This document shows, piece after piece, positions 1 to 9,301 of a DNA stretch of 64,000 nucleotides. The stretch's first letter is position 1. Each line of letters starts with the position of its first letter. The DNA lies in assembly GCA_040387895.1 (NCBI GenBank), contig JAZKCW010000017.1, forward strand, positions 4,204-68,203, read 5' to 3'. The notes beneath the pieces were generated by a model. That model was not told the origin of the DNA. It searched no databases and worked only from the letters and a program-made list of their open reading frames with translations. The translations under genes were made by a program, and so were the position numbers. The DNA comes from Gemmatimonadota bacterium (GTDB taxonomy: Bacteria > Gemmatimonadota > Gemmatimonadetes > Gemmatimonadales > Gemmatimonadaceae).

Positions 1-929
1 CGTGCCGCCCCGAGGAGCCCCGCCACCTGGCCGACGGCGATGAGCGCGTGACACGTGTCGGTGAAGGCCCTGGGATCGTCGGGTGTCGCGACGGCGTCGC
101 GCAGCAGGCGGGGTTCACGCAGCAGGCGCTTCACGCCGCCGAGCGCCCAGCGCACCCGTCGCGACGGGGAGGGAGCGCCTTCGACCATGCGCATGACGCT
201 GTCGGAGATGCCCTGCCAGTAGTACCGGCGCCGGAACCAGCCCTTCGTGAGGCGGCTCGCCGGAACGAGATGCAGCACTCCCATCGCGGGTTCGTAGCGC
301 ACCTGCAGGCCGAGCGCGAGCACGCGGCGCTGCAGGTGCACGTCGCCACTCGAGAGCAGGTTGTTCCCAACGCGATCCAGCGCCGGGTGAAAGCCGCCGG
401 TCTCGACGAGCACGCGCCGCGGCAGGGCCATGTTCGTCCCCGCGAGCCACTCGGCGCCCACATCGGGGATCTCGTGGGCATCCGGACCCCAGTCGAGGAC
501 AGTCAGGGCGCGGGCCGCCTCGTCCGAGAGCCACGCAGGGCGCGGCGCATCCCACATCGGCGCAACCGGCCCGCCGACCACGCCCGTCTCCGGCCACGCG
601 GTGAACGCGTCGACGATCGCCACGAGCCACCCCGGTGGCGCGATCGCGTCATCGTCGAAGTACGCAACGATGTCGCCTGCGGACGCGCGCCATCCCGTGT
701 TGCGCGCATGGCAGAGGCCGAGCACCGGCTCGTACACGTGCCGCACGGGAAGGCGCCCGATGAACGACTCCACGACGGCAGGTGTCGCATCGGTGGAGCG
801 ATTGTCGACCACCAGCACCTCGGAACCCGGCACCGCAGCGCACCCCGGCACGAGACTCTCGAGCGCATGCCGCAACAGCTCCGCACGGTTGTGGGTGCAG
901 ATGATCACGCTGATTGACACTGCGGTCAT
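1..929 (-). CDS. Glycosyltransferase family 2 (N-terminal ~309 codons; 3' end beyond left edge)
   Basis: Absent from the ORF track because its stop lies outside the window. Hand translation from ATG 929-927 gives MTAVSISVIICTHNRAELLRHALESL...VVDNRSTD...AYFDDDAIAPPGW. The frame stays open to position 1 with high GC3. The + ORF 48..917 is its antisense shadow. ATGA start/stop overlap with the upstream gene at 926-929. Confidence 0.8.
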   Translation of the reverse strand, partial: MTAVSISVIICTHNRAELLRHALESLVPGCAAVPGSEVLVVDNRSTDATPAVVESFIGRLPVRHVYEPVLGLCHARNTGWRASAGDIVAYFDDDAIAPPGWLVAIVDAFTAWPETGVVGGPVAPMWDAPRPAWLSDEAARALTVLDWGPDAHEIPDVGAEWLAGTNMALPRRVLVETGGFHPALDRVGNNLLSSGDVHLQRRVLALGLQVRYEPAMGVLHLVPASRLTKGWFRRRYYWQGISDSVMRMVEGAPSPSRRVRWALGGVKRLLREPRLLRDAVATPDDPRAFTDTCHALIAVGQVAGLLGAA

Positions 930-3385
930 TCTTCCTCACCGCCGTTGCGGCGGCCCATCATGCGATCCACGGAACGGCGCGAAACTCTCCACAGTCGCGG
1001 CACGAACCAGCGCGCCGAGCGAACGGGTTGGCGCAGGCCGCTGCGCACGGCGTATCGCATGACGCTGGCGGCCCACCGAAGTCGGGCCGGGGTGTCGAGC
1101 ATTTCGAGTGCGGCGCCGGCATCGGGGGAGGCTTGCCAGATGGTGCTGGCCTGGCGCGCTTCGAGGTCCATCACCAACTCCACTGCATGCGTTCCGATGG
1201 CGGGGGATGCACGTTCGAGGATGGCGCGTCGCGCCTGCAGCCATCCCACGTGTGCCTCGACCTGATCCATCCGCCCGGTCCGGTGATCGCGCCCGGTGGG
1301 GGGCAGGCGCCGCGCGAGGATTTGTGGCCAGGTGACTGCGCCCCAGCCCATCGCCATCACTGCGGCAGAGGCATCCCAGCACCAGTAGCGCGCGGAGATC
1401 GTGGACGGGAAGCGGCCGACACCATGCAGGGCGCTGGCGCGGAAGACGAGCGCGCCGCCCGCGTGATCGTCGAGGAGGTGATAGGGAAACACCGGCGCGG
1501 CGCCACCGTGACAGCTCCCGTTGGTAGCGAGCGTCCATGGGGCAACGACGCCGAGGCGGGGATGGGCACGAAGCGCGGCGAGCGCACTGCGCAGGAAGTC
1601 CGGGTGCAGCGCGTGTCCGGCCTCGACGATCGCGATCGCCTCGCATTCGTCAACGACTCCTGCTCCGTGCGCGAGCAGCGCGAGCGCTCCGTCGAGGTCC
1701 CGTGCTGCATCCCACCCATCGGGGAGTCGCACGGCCTCCGGGCTCACGAGAATCCGGCGCGTAGTTCCTCCATGCTGCGACGCGACGCTCGCGATGCATG
1801 CTGCGAGAGGCACGCCCGGCTCCGCGATCATCACCATCGCCACGCTGGCCGAGGCGCCGGCCTGAACGCTGTCCGCAGCAGGCGTGGGAAGGCCGGTGCG
1901 CGCGCCGAGACGGCTCCACGGAAACGACTGCGGCACCGCGCCCGAGTTCGTGGTTCCGCGCTCGATCAGTCGCTGGCGGAATTCGCGATGCCGAGCGACG
2001 ATCGCATCGTTGTCGCAGATGTCGCGCACCCGCTCGGCTGCCGCGGCGCCCATGGTGCAGAATCGCTCGGGCGGCGTGGCGAGGGCCCGGCGCAGTGCTG
2101 CCTCCAATCCTGCGGCATCCGTGCTCGGCGCAATCCAGCCGGACTCACCGTCCACCACCATCTCGGACATGCCCCCGTCCGGTGATACCAGCACGGGAAT
2201 CCCGGATGCCATGGCCTCGAGGCAGCTGTTGGGAAAGTTCTCCCAGCGCGAGGGGACGACACTCATGCGTGCCTGCGCCAATCGCTCCATGAGCTCGGCG
2301 CGACCAACCGCGCCGCGAAAGCGAAAGCGCTTGCGATGGCGCCCGGGGATGCGGTGCTCCAGGGCGTCCTTGACCGACACGTCATGGATCAGCTGGACAT
2401 CGCTCCCGATGAATTCGAAATGCAGCCGCGGGTGATTGTCGAGCACGCGGATCGCCGCGTCGACCCACTCGAGCACGCCTTTCCGTGGCTCGAGTCGCCC
2501 CACGAAGCAGATCGTCCCGTCGCGCCACGTCGCCGCGTCGCGCACCGCGATCGCGGTGTCGCCGCGTGGCAGCGGAATGACCTCGATGGACTCCGGCGGG
2601 ATGCCGTAGTGCGCTCCCGCCTGCCGGGCCAGAAAACGGCTCGGGCAGAGCCATCCGTCAGCTGCCCCGATCGTGTAGTCCTCGAGGCGCACGGCCGGGA
2701 CGTAATCCGATCGATTGGTCGACCACTCGTTGTGACGGAAGATGAATTCCGTGGGGGAATGCAGGTTCACTAGGCAGGGCGGCCGCGGCGCTGGGCCAAG
2801 CCCGAGTGCTCGCCGGAGCTGGAAAAAGGCCAGCGGGGCTTCCCACTCCTGCGCCTCGATGACGTCGATCCCCTCGTGTTCCACGAGCCACTCCGCGAGC
2901 AGGGCGACCCGGTAGGCAAAGGCCTGCTGCGGAAACGATGAGGCCGCGAGCGCGTCGACCGTCCCGCGATGCACGCCGCTCACCTCCTCCTTCACGAGCC
3001 ACGGGGCGTCACCCCCTGGCAGGTCGGCCAATCGATCGATCCCGACGCGGTGCACGACGAGCCGCCCGTCGTGCGACGCTTCACGGTGTGTCGGAGCGCT
3101 CCTCCATCGTTGCGCGATGATGTGAACCGTGTCTCCAGCTTCGGCCAGGAGGCGCGCAATGTTGGCGACATACGTTCCGATCCCTCCCGGCGGGTATGGC
3201 GTCGGAGGGAACTCGCGGCTGACGATCAGGTGGCGCAACGCGTCGGGGCAATGGGATGTGATCGGGGCGGACGGCGAAAAAGCTGTGGCTGCCCTAGTTT
3301 CGCAGGAAACGTTCCGTGACAGGAAGTTCACTCTCGAGAACGGTTCGATTCGCACTGCCCGTTGCATGATGCCGAACACAGCCAC
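926..3385 (-). CDS. Multidomain glycosyltransferase (N-terminal GT4/GT1-like domain, central GT2-like domain, C-terminal extension)
   Basis: 819-aa ORF. N-terminus has REFPPTPYPPGGIGTYVANIARLLAEAGDTVHII, and GRLEPRKG...PSRWENFPNSCLEAMASGIPVLVS matches the GT4 EX7E region. A later block (VAMVMIAEPGV...IAIVEAGHALHPDF) is GT2-like. Start is uncertain: ATG 3385 or 3367, or TTG 3238, because GC3 is low in the first ~50 codons. Confidence 0.8.
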   Translation of the reverse strand: MAVFGIMQRAVRIEPFSRVNFLSRNVSCETRAATAFSPSAPITSHCPDALRHLIVSREFPPTPYPPGGIGTYVANIARLLAEAGDTVHIIAQRWRSAPTHREASHDGRLVVHRVGIDRLADLPGGDAPWLVKEEVSGVHRGTVDALAASSFPQQAFAYRVALLAEWLVEHEGIDVIEAQEWEAPLAFFQLRRALGLGPAPRPPCLVNLHSPTEFIFRHNEWSTNRSDYVPAVRLEDYTIGAADGWLCPSRFLARQAGAHYGIPPESIEVIPLPRGDTAIAVRDAATWRDGTICFVGRLEPRKGVLEWVDAAIRVLDNHPRLHFEFIGSDVQLIHDVSVKDALEHRIPGRHRKRFRFRGAVGRAELMERLAQARMSVVPSRWENFPNSCLEAMASGIPVLVSPDGGMSEMVVDGESGWIAPSTDAAGLEAALRRALATPPERFCTMGAAAAERVRDICDNDAIVARHREFRQRLIERGTTNSGAVPQSFPWSRLGARTGLPTPAADSVQAGASASVAMVMIAEPGVPLAACIASVASQHGGTTRRILVSPEAVRLPDGWDAARDLDGALALLAHGAGVVDECEAIAIVEAGHALHPDFLRSALAALRAHPRLGVVAPWTLATNGSCHGGAAPVFPYHLLDDHAGGALVFRASALHGVGRFPSTISARYWCWDASAAVMAMGWGAVTWPQILARRLPPTGRDHRTGRMDQVEAHVGWLQARRAILERASPAIGTHAVELVMDLEARQASTIWQASPDAGAALEMLDTPARLRWAASVMRYAVRSGLRQPVRSARWFVPRLWRVSRRSVDRMMGRRNGGEEE

Positions 3386-3433
3386 TCCATATCACTCACG
3401 TGCGTTGTGCGTCCCGAACTTCTCCTGACCAGT

Positions 3434-4753
3434 ATGCCAGAGAACCCGTCAACTGATGCCACCACCGAACGTCGGCGCGTGCTCGCGGCGAGTGCAATCG
3501 GGACCACGATCGAGTGGTACGACTTCTTCATCTACAGCACGTCGGCCGCGCTGGTCTTCAGCAAGCAGTTCTTCTCGGCGTTCGACCCGGCGACGGCACT
3601 GCTGCTGTCGATGGCGTCGCTCGGTGTGACGTTCGTCGTGCGGCCATTCGGGAGCGCCGTCACGGGCCATTTCGGTGATCGCATCGGCCGCAAGAAGATG
3701 CTCGTGCTCACGCTGGGTGTGATGGGTGCGGCGACGGTCGGTGTGGGGTTGCTGCCGCCGTACCAGCAGATCGGGGTGTGGGCGCCGATCCTGCTCGTGC
3801 TGCTTCGCTGCCTGCAGGGCTTCAGCGCGGGTGGTGAATGGGCGGGCGCGGCGCTGATGGCAGTCGAACACGCACCGGCGGAGAAGCGCGCATGGTACGG
3901 ATCGGCCGCGCAGATCGGTGTGCCGATCGGGCTGATGCTCGCGAACGCGATGTTCCTGATCATGACGAAGAGCACCTCGAACGAGCAGTTCATGCGCTGG
4001 GGATGGCGCGTGCCGTTCCTGCTCAGCATCGGGCTCGTGGCGTTGGGTTTCTACATCCGGAATCGCGTGAGCGAGAGCCCCGTATTCGCGGAGATGAAGG
4101 CGACGCGGCGGGAGGCACGCGCGCCACTCGCGGAGCTGTGGGCGAAGCACAAGCGTCCCGTGGTGCTCGCCGCCGGCACGTTCCTCGGCAACAACATGGT
4201 GGGGTACATCTTTCTCTCGTTCCTGCTGTCGTACAGCACGAACACGCTGGGACTCCCGCGTGATGCCATGCTCGGTGTCGTGATCGCGGGCTCGCTGTGC
4301 TGGCTGGTGACGATCCTCGTGTCCGGACGCATGGCTGATCGCACCGGCGCGCGCACACTGTTCATCGCGGGCTACGTGGCGATGATGCTGTGGTCCATCC
4401 CGTTCATGCTGATGGTGGACAGTCGCAATCTGCCCGTGATCGTGGTTGCGACCCTGGTGCTCACGGCCACGCTGGGATTCACGTACGGCGCGCAGGCGGC
4501 GCTCTTCGCGGGACTGTTTCCGACGGGAGTGCGCTATAGTGGTGCATCGATGGCGTACGCGTTCGGTGCCATCCTCGGCGGCGGCTTTGCGCCGCTGCTG
4601 GCGAGCTATCTCGTGGCGAAGACGGGTAGTGGATTGGCCGTGGGGGCGTACATGGTGGTCGCGACGGCGGTGAGCGTGGCCGCGAGTGTCGCAATCAGGG
4701 AGAGTGACATGGTGGGGTTGGCGCACGGGGCAGGGCGCGGCGAACGTGGCTGA
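3434..4753 (+). CDS. MFS transporter, metabolite:H+ symporter (MHS) family
   Basis: N-terminal IGTTIEWYDFFIYSTSAALVF and GDRIGRKKMLVLTL motifs are typical of the ProP/KgtP/ShiA-like MHS family. About 12 hydrophobic segments. Start moved to ATG 3434 (MPENPST) inside ORF 3362..4753. Confidence 0.85.
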   Translation: MPENPSTDATTERRRVLAASAIGTTIEWYDFFIYSTSAALVFSKQFFSAFDPATALLLSMASLGVTFVVRPFGSAVTGHFGDRIGRKKMLVLTLGVMGAATVGVGLLPPYQQIGVWAPILLVLLRCLQGFSAGGEWAGAALMAVEHAPAEKRAWYGSAAQIGVPIGLMLANAMFLIMTKSTSNEQFMRWGWRVPFLLSIGLVALGFYIRNRVSESPVFAEMKATRREARAPLAELWAKHKRPVVLAAGTFLGNNMVGYIFLSFLLSYSTNTLGLPRDAMLGVVIAGSLCWLVTILVSGRMADRTGARTLFIAGYVAMMLWSIPFMLMVDSRNLPVIVVATLVLTATLGFTYGAQAALFAGLFPTGVRYSGASMAYAFGAILGGGFAPLLASYLVAKTGSGLAVGAYMVVATAVSVAASVAIRESDMVGLAHGAGRGERG

Positions 4754-4847
4754 CGGAGTACCACGTACTGCCCGTCGTGATGCCGTGGTGCGCACAGCGC
4801 ATCAGCATGCTTCTGCGCATGGGTTCAACCTCGTCCCGTTCGCGGTC

Positions 4848-5375
4848 ATGTCTGCAGGATGGCTGGGACCGCTCGTAATGTTCTGGCTGTACGTGTGGGG
4901 GCCGCTGCGGCCATTCTCCTATCCAACCGGAGCGCTCTTGCCGAGCGCCTCGTTCGTGCCGGTGGTTGCTGTTTGCATAGCGCTCTGGTGGTTGATGCCA
5001 CGTGCGTACTTCCAGGTGCACCGCTTCGAACGCACGGGCCAGATCTACGAGTGGTTGGGAGTGCGGCTCTTTCGCCGGTTCGTTCCGGACGGCGATCTCG
5101 CGAACCGCCGGGAACGAAAAACGAGACCGCACTACCGTGTCATCGGTGGACGTCGATCGGCGGCCAATTTCGTCCTGCGCACCGAGCAGAGCGAGCGCGG
5201 TCACCTCGTGCTGCTCGCGCTGGGCATCGCATCGGCCGGGTATGCACTGCACCTCGGATGGCATGGCTGGGCCACATATCTGAGTGCAGGCAACGTGCTG
5301 GTGAACGTGTACCCGATTCTGCTGCAGCGATACACGCGCAGTCGCTTGCATGGCGTGCTGTCTCGCATCCAGTGA
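4848..5375 (+). CDS. CrtO-like membrane acyltransferase family protein (glycosyl-4,4'-diaponeurosporenoate acyltransferase-like)
   Basis: FERTGQIYEWLGVRLFRRFVPDG, RTEQSERGHL and NVYPILLQRYTRSRL match, from memory, the pattern of S. aureus CrtO (FEKHG..W..F.V..W.KYLPDG; ETRRAELVHW; N.PIIIAQRYNRPRL). Start taken at ATG 4848, after the upstream Arg-rich low-quality part of ORF 4686..5375. Confidence 0.65.
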   Translation: MSAGWLGPLVMFWLYVWGPLRPFSYPTGALLPSASFVPVVAVCIALWWLMPRAYFQVHRFERTGQIYEWLGVRLFRRFVPDGDLANRRERKTRPHYRVIGGRRSAANFVLRTEQSERGHLVLLALGIASAGYALHLGWHGWATYLSAGNVLVNVYPILLQRYTRSRLHGVLSRIQ

Positions 5376-5969
5376 ATGCCGGGCTTTACTCCAACACTCA
5401 TGCAACGACTACTCCTCCTGCTCCTGCTGTCAGTCACGGGTATTGCCTGTGTGCGCAACCGCGCTGGCGCGATTGACTCGCAGCTGAAGCGTGATTGCCC
5501 GCGCGTGCCGGGAGCAGATGCCGTGACCATCGATTCGGTTCCGCTGGAGAGGTTAGCCGGTCGATTCCGTCTCATCATGATCGACACTGCCAATCCGCAG
5601 CTCTCTCCGACAGTGGATCACCTCGAGCTTCGTCCACCCGATCGCGCGTTTCTCGAGATGCTCGACAATGCACAGCGAACCCTGGCACTCATGCGGCCGT
5701 CGGCCCCTGCGCGCAGCGCTCCACCGTTGTTCGACCACCGCCCGAACAGCGCACTCTGGATGGCGGAGCGCACCGGAATGAGCGAAGGAGAGTGCATCGG
5801 CATTTGCTCCGATTCATCTCCCACCTACTTCGGGTTCACCTATCTGTCACCGGCCGTCGTCCGCGGTGTCTGGTCGAACGCCATGACGGGAATCGCCATC
5901 ATGGTCGATCCGGTAACAAATCGCAGACTGCCGCCACCCGGTGGATACTTCTGCATGCTCCGGGAGTGA
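5376..5969 (+). CDS. Hypothetical lipoprotein
   Basis: Leu-rich signal with a Cys (LLLLLLLSVTGIAC). ATG directly abuts the upstream TGA (tgaatg). High GC3. No recognisable domain. Confidence 0.6.
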   Translation: MPGFTPTLMQRLLLLLLLSVTGIACVRNRAGAIDSQLKRDCPRVPGADAVTIDSVPLERLAGRFRLIMIDTANPQLSPTVDHLELRPPDRAFLEMLDNAQRTLALMRPSAPARSAPPLFDHRPNSALWMAERTGMSEGECIGICSDSSPTYFGFTYLSPAVVRGVWSNAMTGIAIMVDPVTNRRLPPPGGYFCMLRE

Positions 5970-6011
5970 AGATCCGATGAGTCCGCTCTGCCCTCTGTTC
6001 AGCGAGATCGA

Positions 6012-7346
6012 GTGATGCAGCGACGTGAGTTCCTTCGACTGTCAGCCGCGGCGGCCGCGCTGTCGGCGACACCGGATGCGCCTGTGGCATTCGGTGCCTC
6101 GAATGACGAACCGGGTATCGAACGCTTCCCGCCGTTCGACGCCGACCTGCAGGACGCACTGCAGCGCGCGCCCGACGACGACGCATTCTGGGCGCTCATC
6201 CGCCGTGAGTACACTCCGCCCGCGGAGTACGTCGACCTCGACCAGGCGAACACCGCACCCACTCCACGGCGTGTCTTCGACGCGTTCATCGCACGCGCAC
6301 GGCGGCTGAGTCATGCCCCGGCGGCACGGTTCGGCGAAATGTGGGAGAAGGAGCTCGACGCCGTGACCCGACCGGCACTCGCCCGCTACCTCGGCGCGGC
6401 GCCCGAACACCTCGCGTTCACCGCCAATGCGACGTCGGCCCTCAACACCGTGCTGCACGGGTTTCCTCTCGAGCGAGGCGACGAGGTGCTCGTGACGGAT
6501 CACGAGTACCCCGACATGATCGAGACGCTGCGACTGCGCGCTCGTCGCGACGGGATCGTACTTCGTGTGGTACGCGTCTCCAACGCATCCGAGGATCCGC
6601 TCGCATTGGTCTCCCGCATCGCCGAGGCGATCGGGCCGCGCACGCGGCTGATGCTCATTTCGCACATCAGCGCGTGGTCGGGCGTGATTCTCCCGGTCGC
6701 GCGAGCGACGGCCGCGGCGCGTGCACGCGGCGTCGCCGTCGTCGTGGACGCTGCGCAGAGTGTGGGCATCCTAGACGTCGGCTTCGACGCGATCGGCTGT
6801 GACTTCCTCGGCGCGTCGCTCCACAAGGGCCTCGCCGCGCCAATGCCCACCGGTGTGTTGCTCATGCGCCCCGAGCACGCTGGCAAGGTCTCGCCACTGC
6901 ACCCGCCGTCGTGGGATACGTCGAAGCATCCGATGGATCTCTACGAGTGGTCCGGCACGTTCAACATGGCGGCGCTGTCGACCATCAAGGAGGCACTGGA
7001 TTTCCAGCGCGTACTCGGCGCAGAGCGCAAGCGCACTCGCTTGCGACAGCTCGGTGCGTACTGGCAGGATGCCCTGCGGGGTGTTTCGGGTGTTCGCATG
7101 CTGACGCCGCGCGAGGGGGATCGTTCGTGCGGCCCGGCAGCGTTCGCGATCGAGGGTGTGGAATCCGGGCCGCTCGCGAAGAGTCTCCGCGAGCGGCGAC
7201 GAGTTTCCGTGCAGGACAAGGCCGGTCCGCACTCCCCGTTCACGAATGCCATCCGTGTGTCGCCCGGTGCACACACCACGTTCCGGGAACTCGATCGGCT
7301 GGTGGTGGCGGTGCGCGACATTGCGAGGGCGGGCCGGCTGCCCTAG
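6012..7346 (+). CDS. Aminotransferase class V-fold PLP-dependent enzyme with twin-arginine (Tat) signal
   Basis: N-terminus MMQRREFLRLSAAAAALSATPDAPVAFGA is an RR-motif signal. SLHKGLAAP is a candidate PLP-lysine. Overall it resembles isopenicillin-N epimerase or cysteine desulfurase-like class V enzymes. Confidence 0.8.
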   Translation: MMQRREFLRLSAAAAALSATPDAPVAFGASNDEPGIERFPPFDADLQDALQRAPDDDAFWALIRREYTPPAEYVDLDQANTAPTPRRVFDAFIARARRLSHAPAARFGEMWEKELDAVTRPALARYLGAAPEHLAFTANATSALNTVLHGFPLERGDEVLVTDHEYPDMIETLRLRARRDGIVLRVVRVSNASEDPLALVSRIAEAIGPRTRLMLISHISAWSGVILPVARATAAARARGVAVVVDAAQSVGILDVGFDAIGCDFLGASLHKGLAAPMPTGVLLMRPEHAGKVSPLHPPSWDTSKHPMDLYEWSGTFNMAALSTIKEALDFQRVLGAERKRTRLRQLGAYWQDALRGVSGVRMLTPREGDRSCGPAAFAIEGVESGPLAKSLRERRRVSVQDKAGPHSPFTNAIRVSPGAHTTFRELDRLVVAVRDIARAGRLP

Positions 7347-7349
7347 CGG

Positions 7350-8555
7350 TCACTCCAGCGGAATCGGCTGGTGCCCATTCGGCGCGAGCCTGAGCGCCAG
7401 CTCTGCAACCGCGTAACCGAGCTGCTGCCCCGCCGTCACGTCGAACCGGAAGTGCAGGCCCGCATAGATGCGCGACATGCCCGCCTCCACGACCATCGCG
7501 TGCAACGCGTCGGCCTCGGACGGGAAGAACCCGGAGAGCACGCCCGCCGCTGCGGACGACAGGCAGGAGTGGCCCGACGGATAGCCCGGGAAATTCGGGA
7601 CCGGCACACCGGACGGGACGGTGATCGCCGGGTCGGCCTGATACGGGCGGATGTACCAGTACGCGTACTTCCCTTCGTAACAGCCGATCGATGCGTCCAT
7701 GATGGCCATGTGCAATACCGCGAGTACACGCGACATGCGGCGTTCGTCCAGATGCTGCCGCGTTCCCCAATCCGCCGCCAGCGCGCCGAAGTAACCGGCC
7801 GGGCCACCCGCGCCGTAGCCGGTCGCCCAGAACCGCGCGATCGCGAGTTGCTCCGGCGTGCGGTTGTCCGAGTAGGCGCGCACTTCGGCCAGGTCGGCGA
7901 GATACTCTGGTGAACCGATGGTCGGCGGGTCCACAGGATGGAACTGGGCGCCCGACGACATGAACCACGGACGCGCGTTACCCCAGCTCGCATCCTGTGG
8001 CGGCATCACGAGAGGGGTCCAACCGCCCGAGCCGGTCGAGCCATCCCACGCCACCCTCGTCCGGTCAGTCGCCGCGTACGCCATCACCGCGGCACCAACC
8101 GCACGTCCGACCGCCGCGCCGGCTGCGAAGTCGGCGTCGCGTTCCGAGGGAAGCGTCGGAAAGTAGGCCGCGTCAGCAGCAAGTTCACCTGCGATGTACG
8201 CCTGCTCGGCGGGATACAGCGCCAGCAGGACCGCGGCGGACGCTGCGGAGGATGCGCCCGCCTCGGACGGGTGCAGCCGGCGTGCCTTCGCCTGCTCGGC
8301 GGCGATGACGGCGTCGTACTGGGCAACGCTCACCAGCGCATAGGCGCGGGTGGAGGCGTTCGCGCTTCCGCCGCGACGGGAGATGATGGCCCGGGTGCGC
8401 TGATTCCAGAGCGCCGCAGCGGTGACGCGGGTGGCGTTGGCCTCAGCCGACATCGCAGCCGCCGCCTCGTCGAATGCCGTAGGAGCGTTGCTCGCGTCGC
8501 TGCATGCAGCAAGGCCGAGCACGGCGGTGAGCGCAATGAGGAAACGGCGTGGCAT
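7350..8555 (-). CDS. PAP2 superfamily protein, vanadium haloperoxidase/acid phosphatase-like lipoprotein
   Basis: PAP2 motifs KYAYWYIRP, PGYPSGHS and SRIYAGLHFRFD. Start set at MPRRFLIALTAVLGLAAC (lipobox), preceded by GGAGG. The longer ORF reaching 8966 has an Arg/Ala-rich junk N-terminus. Confidence 0.85.
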   Translation of the reverse strand: MPRRFLIALTAVLGLAACSDASNAPTAFDEAAAAMSAEANATRVTAAALWNQRTRAIISRRGGSANASTRAYALVSVAQYDAVIAAEQAKARRLHPSEAGASSAASAAVLLALYPAEQAYIAGELAADAAYFPTLPSERDADFAAGAAVGRAVGAAVMAYAATDRTRVAWDGSTGSGGWTPLVMPPQDASWGNARPWFMSSGAQFHPVDPPTIGSPEYLADLAEVRAYSDNRTPEQLAIARFWATGYGAGGPAGYFGALAADWGTRQHLDERRMSRVLAVLHMAIMDASIGCYEGKYAYWYIRPYQADPAITVPSGVPVPNFPGYPSGHSCLSSAAAGVLSGFFPSEADALHAMVVEAGMSRIYAGLHFRFDVTAGQQLGYAVAELALRLAPNGHQPIPLE

Positions 8556-8728
8556 GGTGACCTCCGGGGCTGTGGCGCGCAGTGGGGACGCAGTCGTATA
8601 CTGGCAGCAGCGCGGGTGAACTCCGCGCCCTACCCAGCATGACGTCACGTGGCGCGGAATCCCGACATCGCCTCGACATCGTTCCGATGTCATCCTGATC
8701 CTCTCGAGCGTCGGCCCGGGGCATCCCC

Positions 8729-9301
8729 GTGACGGAGCGGACTGGTGCGCTGATGGACTCGTCGGTCGTCCTCGCCGCCCTGAATGGCGGCAGTCGCGAG
8801 TCGTTGGAGCGGTTGGTGCCGCAGCTGTACCAGCAGCTTCGCCTGATCGCGCACCGGCAGCTTGGCAGGCAGCGACTCGACGGGACGCTCCAGACGACGG
8901 AGCTCGTTCACGAGGCGTACCTGAAGGTGTTCGCACACGCGTCCGGCGAAGCGCCCGACCGGCCACACTTTCTCGCGCTGGCCTCGCTGGCGATGCGGCA
9001 CGTGCTGATCGATCGCGCGCGGGCGCGGAAACGCCTGCGCCGCGGCGGGGAGCAGCGCCTTGTCACGTTCGACACGGATCAGATCGCAGTGGCCGACCAG
9101 CCCGAGGCGTTGATCCAGCTCGACGACGCATTGACGCGCCTGGCGGAGCTGGAGCCGCGCCTGGCTCGCGTGGTGGAGTGCCGGTTCTTCGGCGGGCTGC
9201 GCGAGGAAGAGATCGCCGCCGCGCTTGGTGTCACGGTGCGGACCGTTCAGCGTGACTGGGTGAAGGCGCGCACGCTGCTGCGCCGCGAGCTCGAGTCGTG
9301 A
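8729..9301 (+). CDS. ECF-type RNA polymerase sigma factor (Sigma70_ECF / TIGR02999-like)
   Basis: TTELVHEAYLKVF and FLALASLAMRHVLIDRARARKRLRRGG are typical of this family. C-terminal region-4 HTH is EIAAALGVTVRTVQRDWVKAR. GTG start. Confidence 0.85.
   Translation: MTERTGALMDSSVVLAALNGGSRESLERLVPQLYQQLRLIAHRQLGRQRLDGTLQTTELVHEAYLKVFAHASGEAPDRPHFLALASLAMRHVLIDRARARKRLRRGGEQRLVTFDTDQIAVADQPEALIQLDDALTRLAELEPRLARVVECRFFGGLREEEIAAALGVTVRTVQRDWVKARTLLRRELES

Noticed and set aside
48-917. 289-aa + strand ORF at the left edge
   Set aside because: It is Arg/His/Asp-rich with no motifs. It is the exact antisense of a minus-strand frame that translates into a clean GT2 glycosyltransferase and stays open to the window edge.
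8640-8651. Overlapping palindromes TGACGTCA and CACGTG upstream of the ECF sigma gene
   Set aside because: Palindromes of 6-8 bp are expected several times by chance in 64 kb. There is no second copy or partner site.
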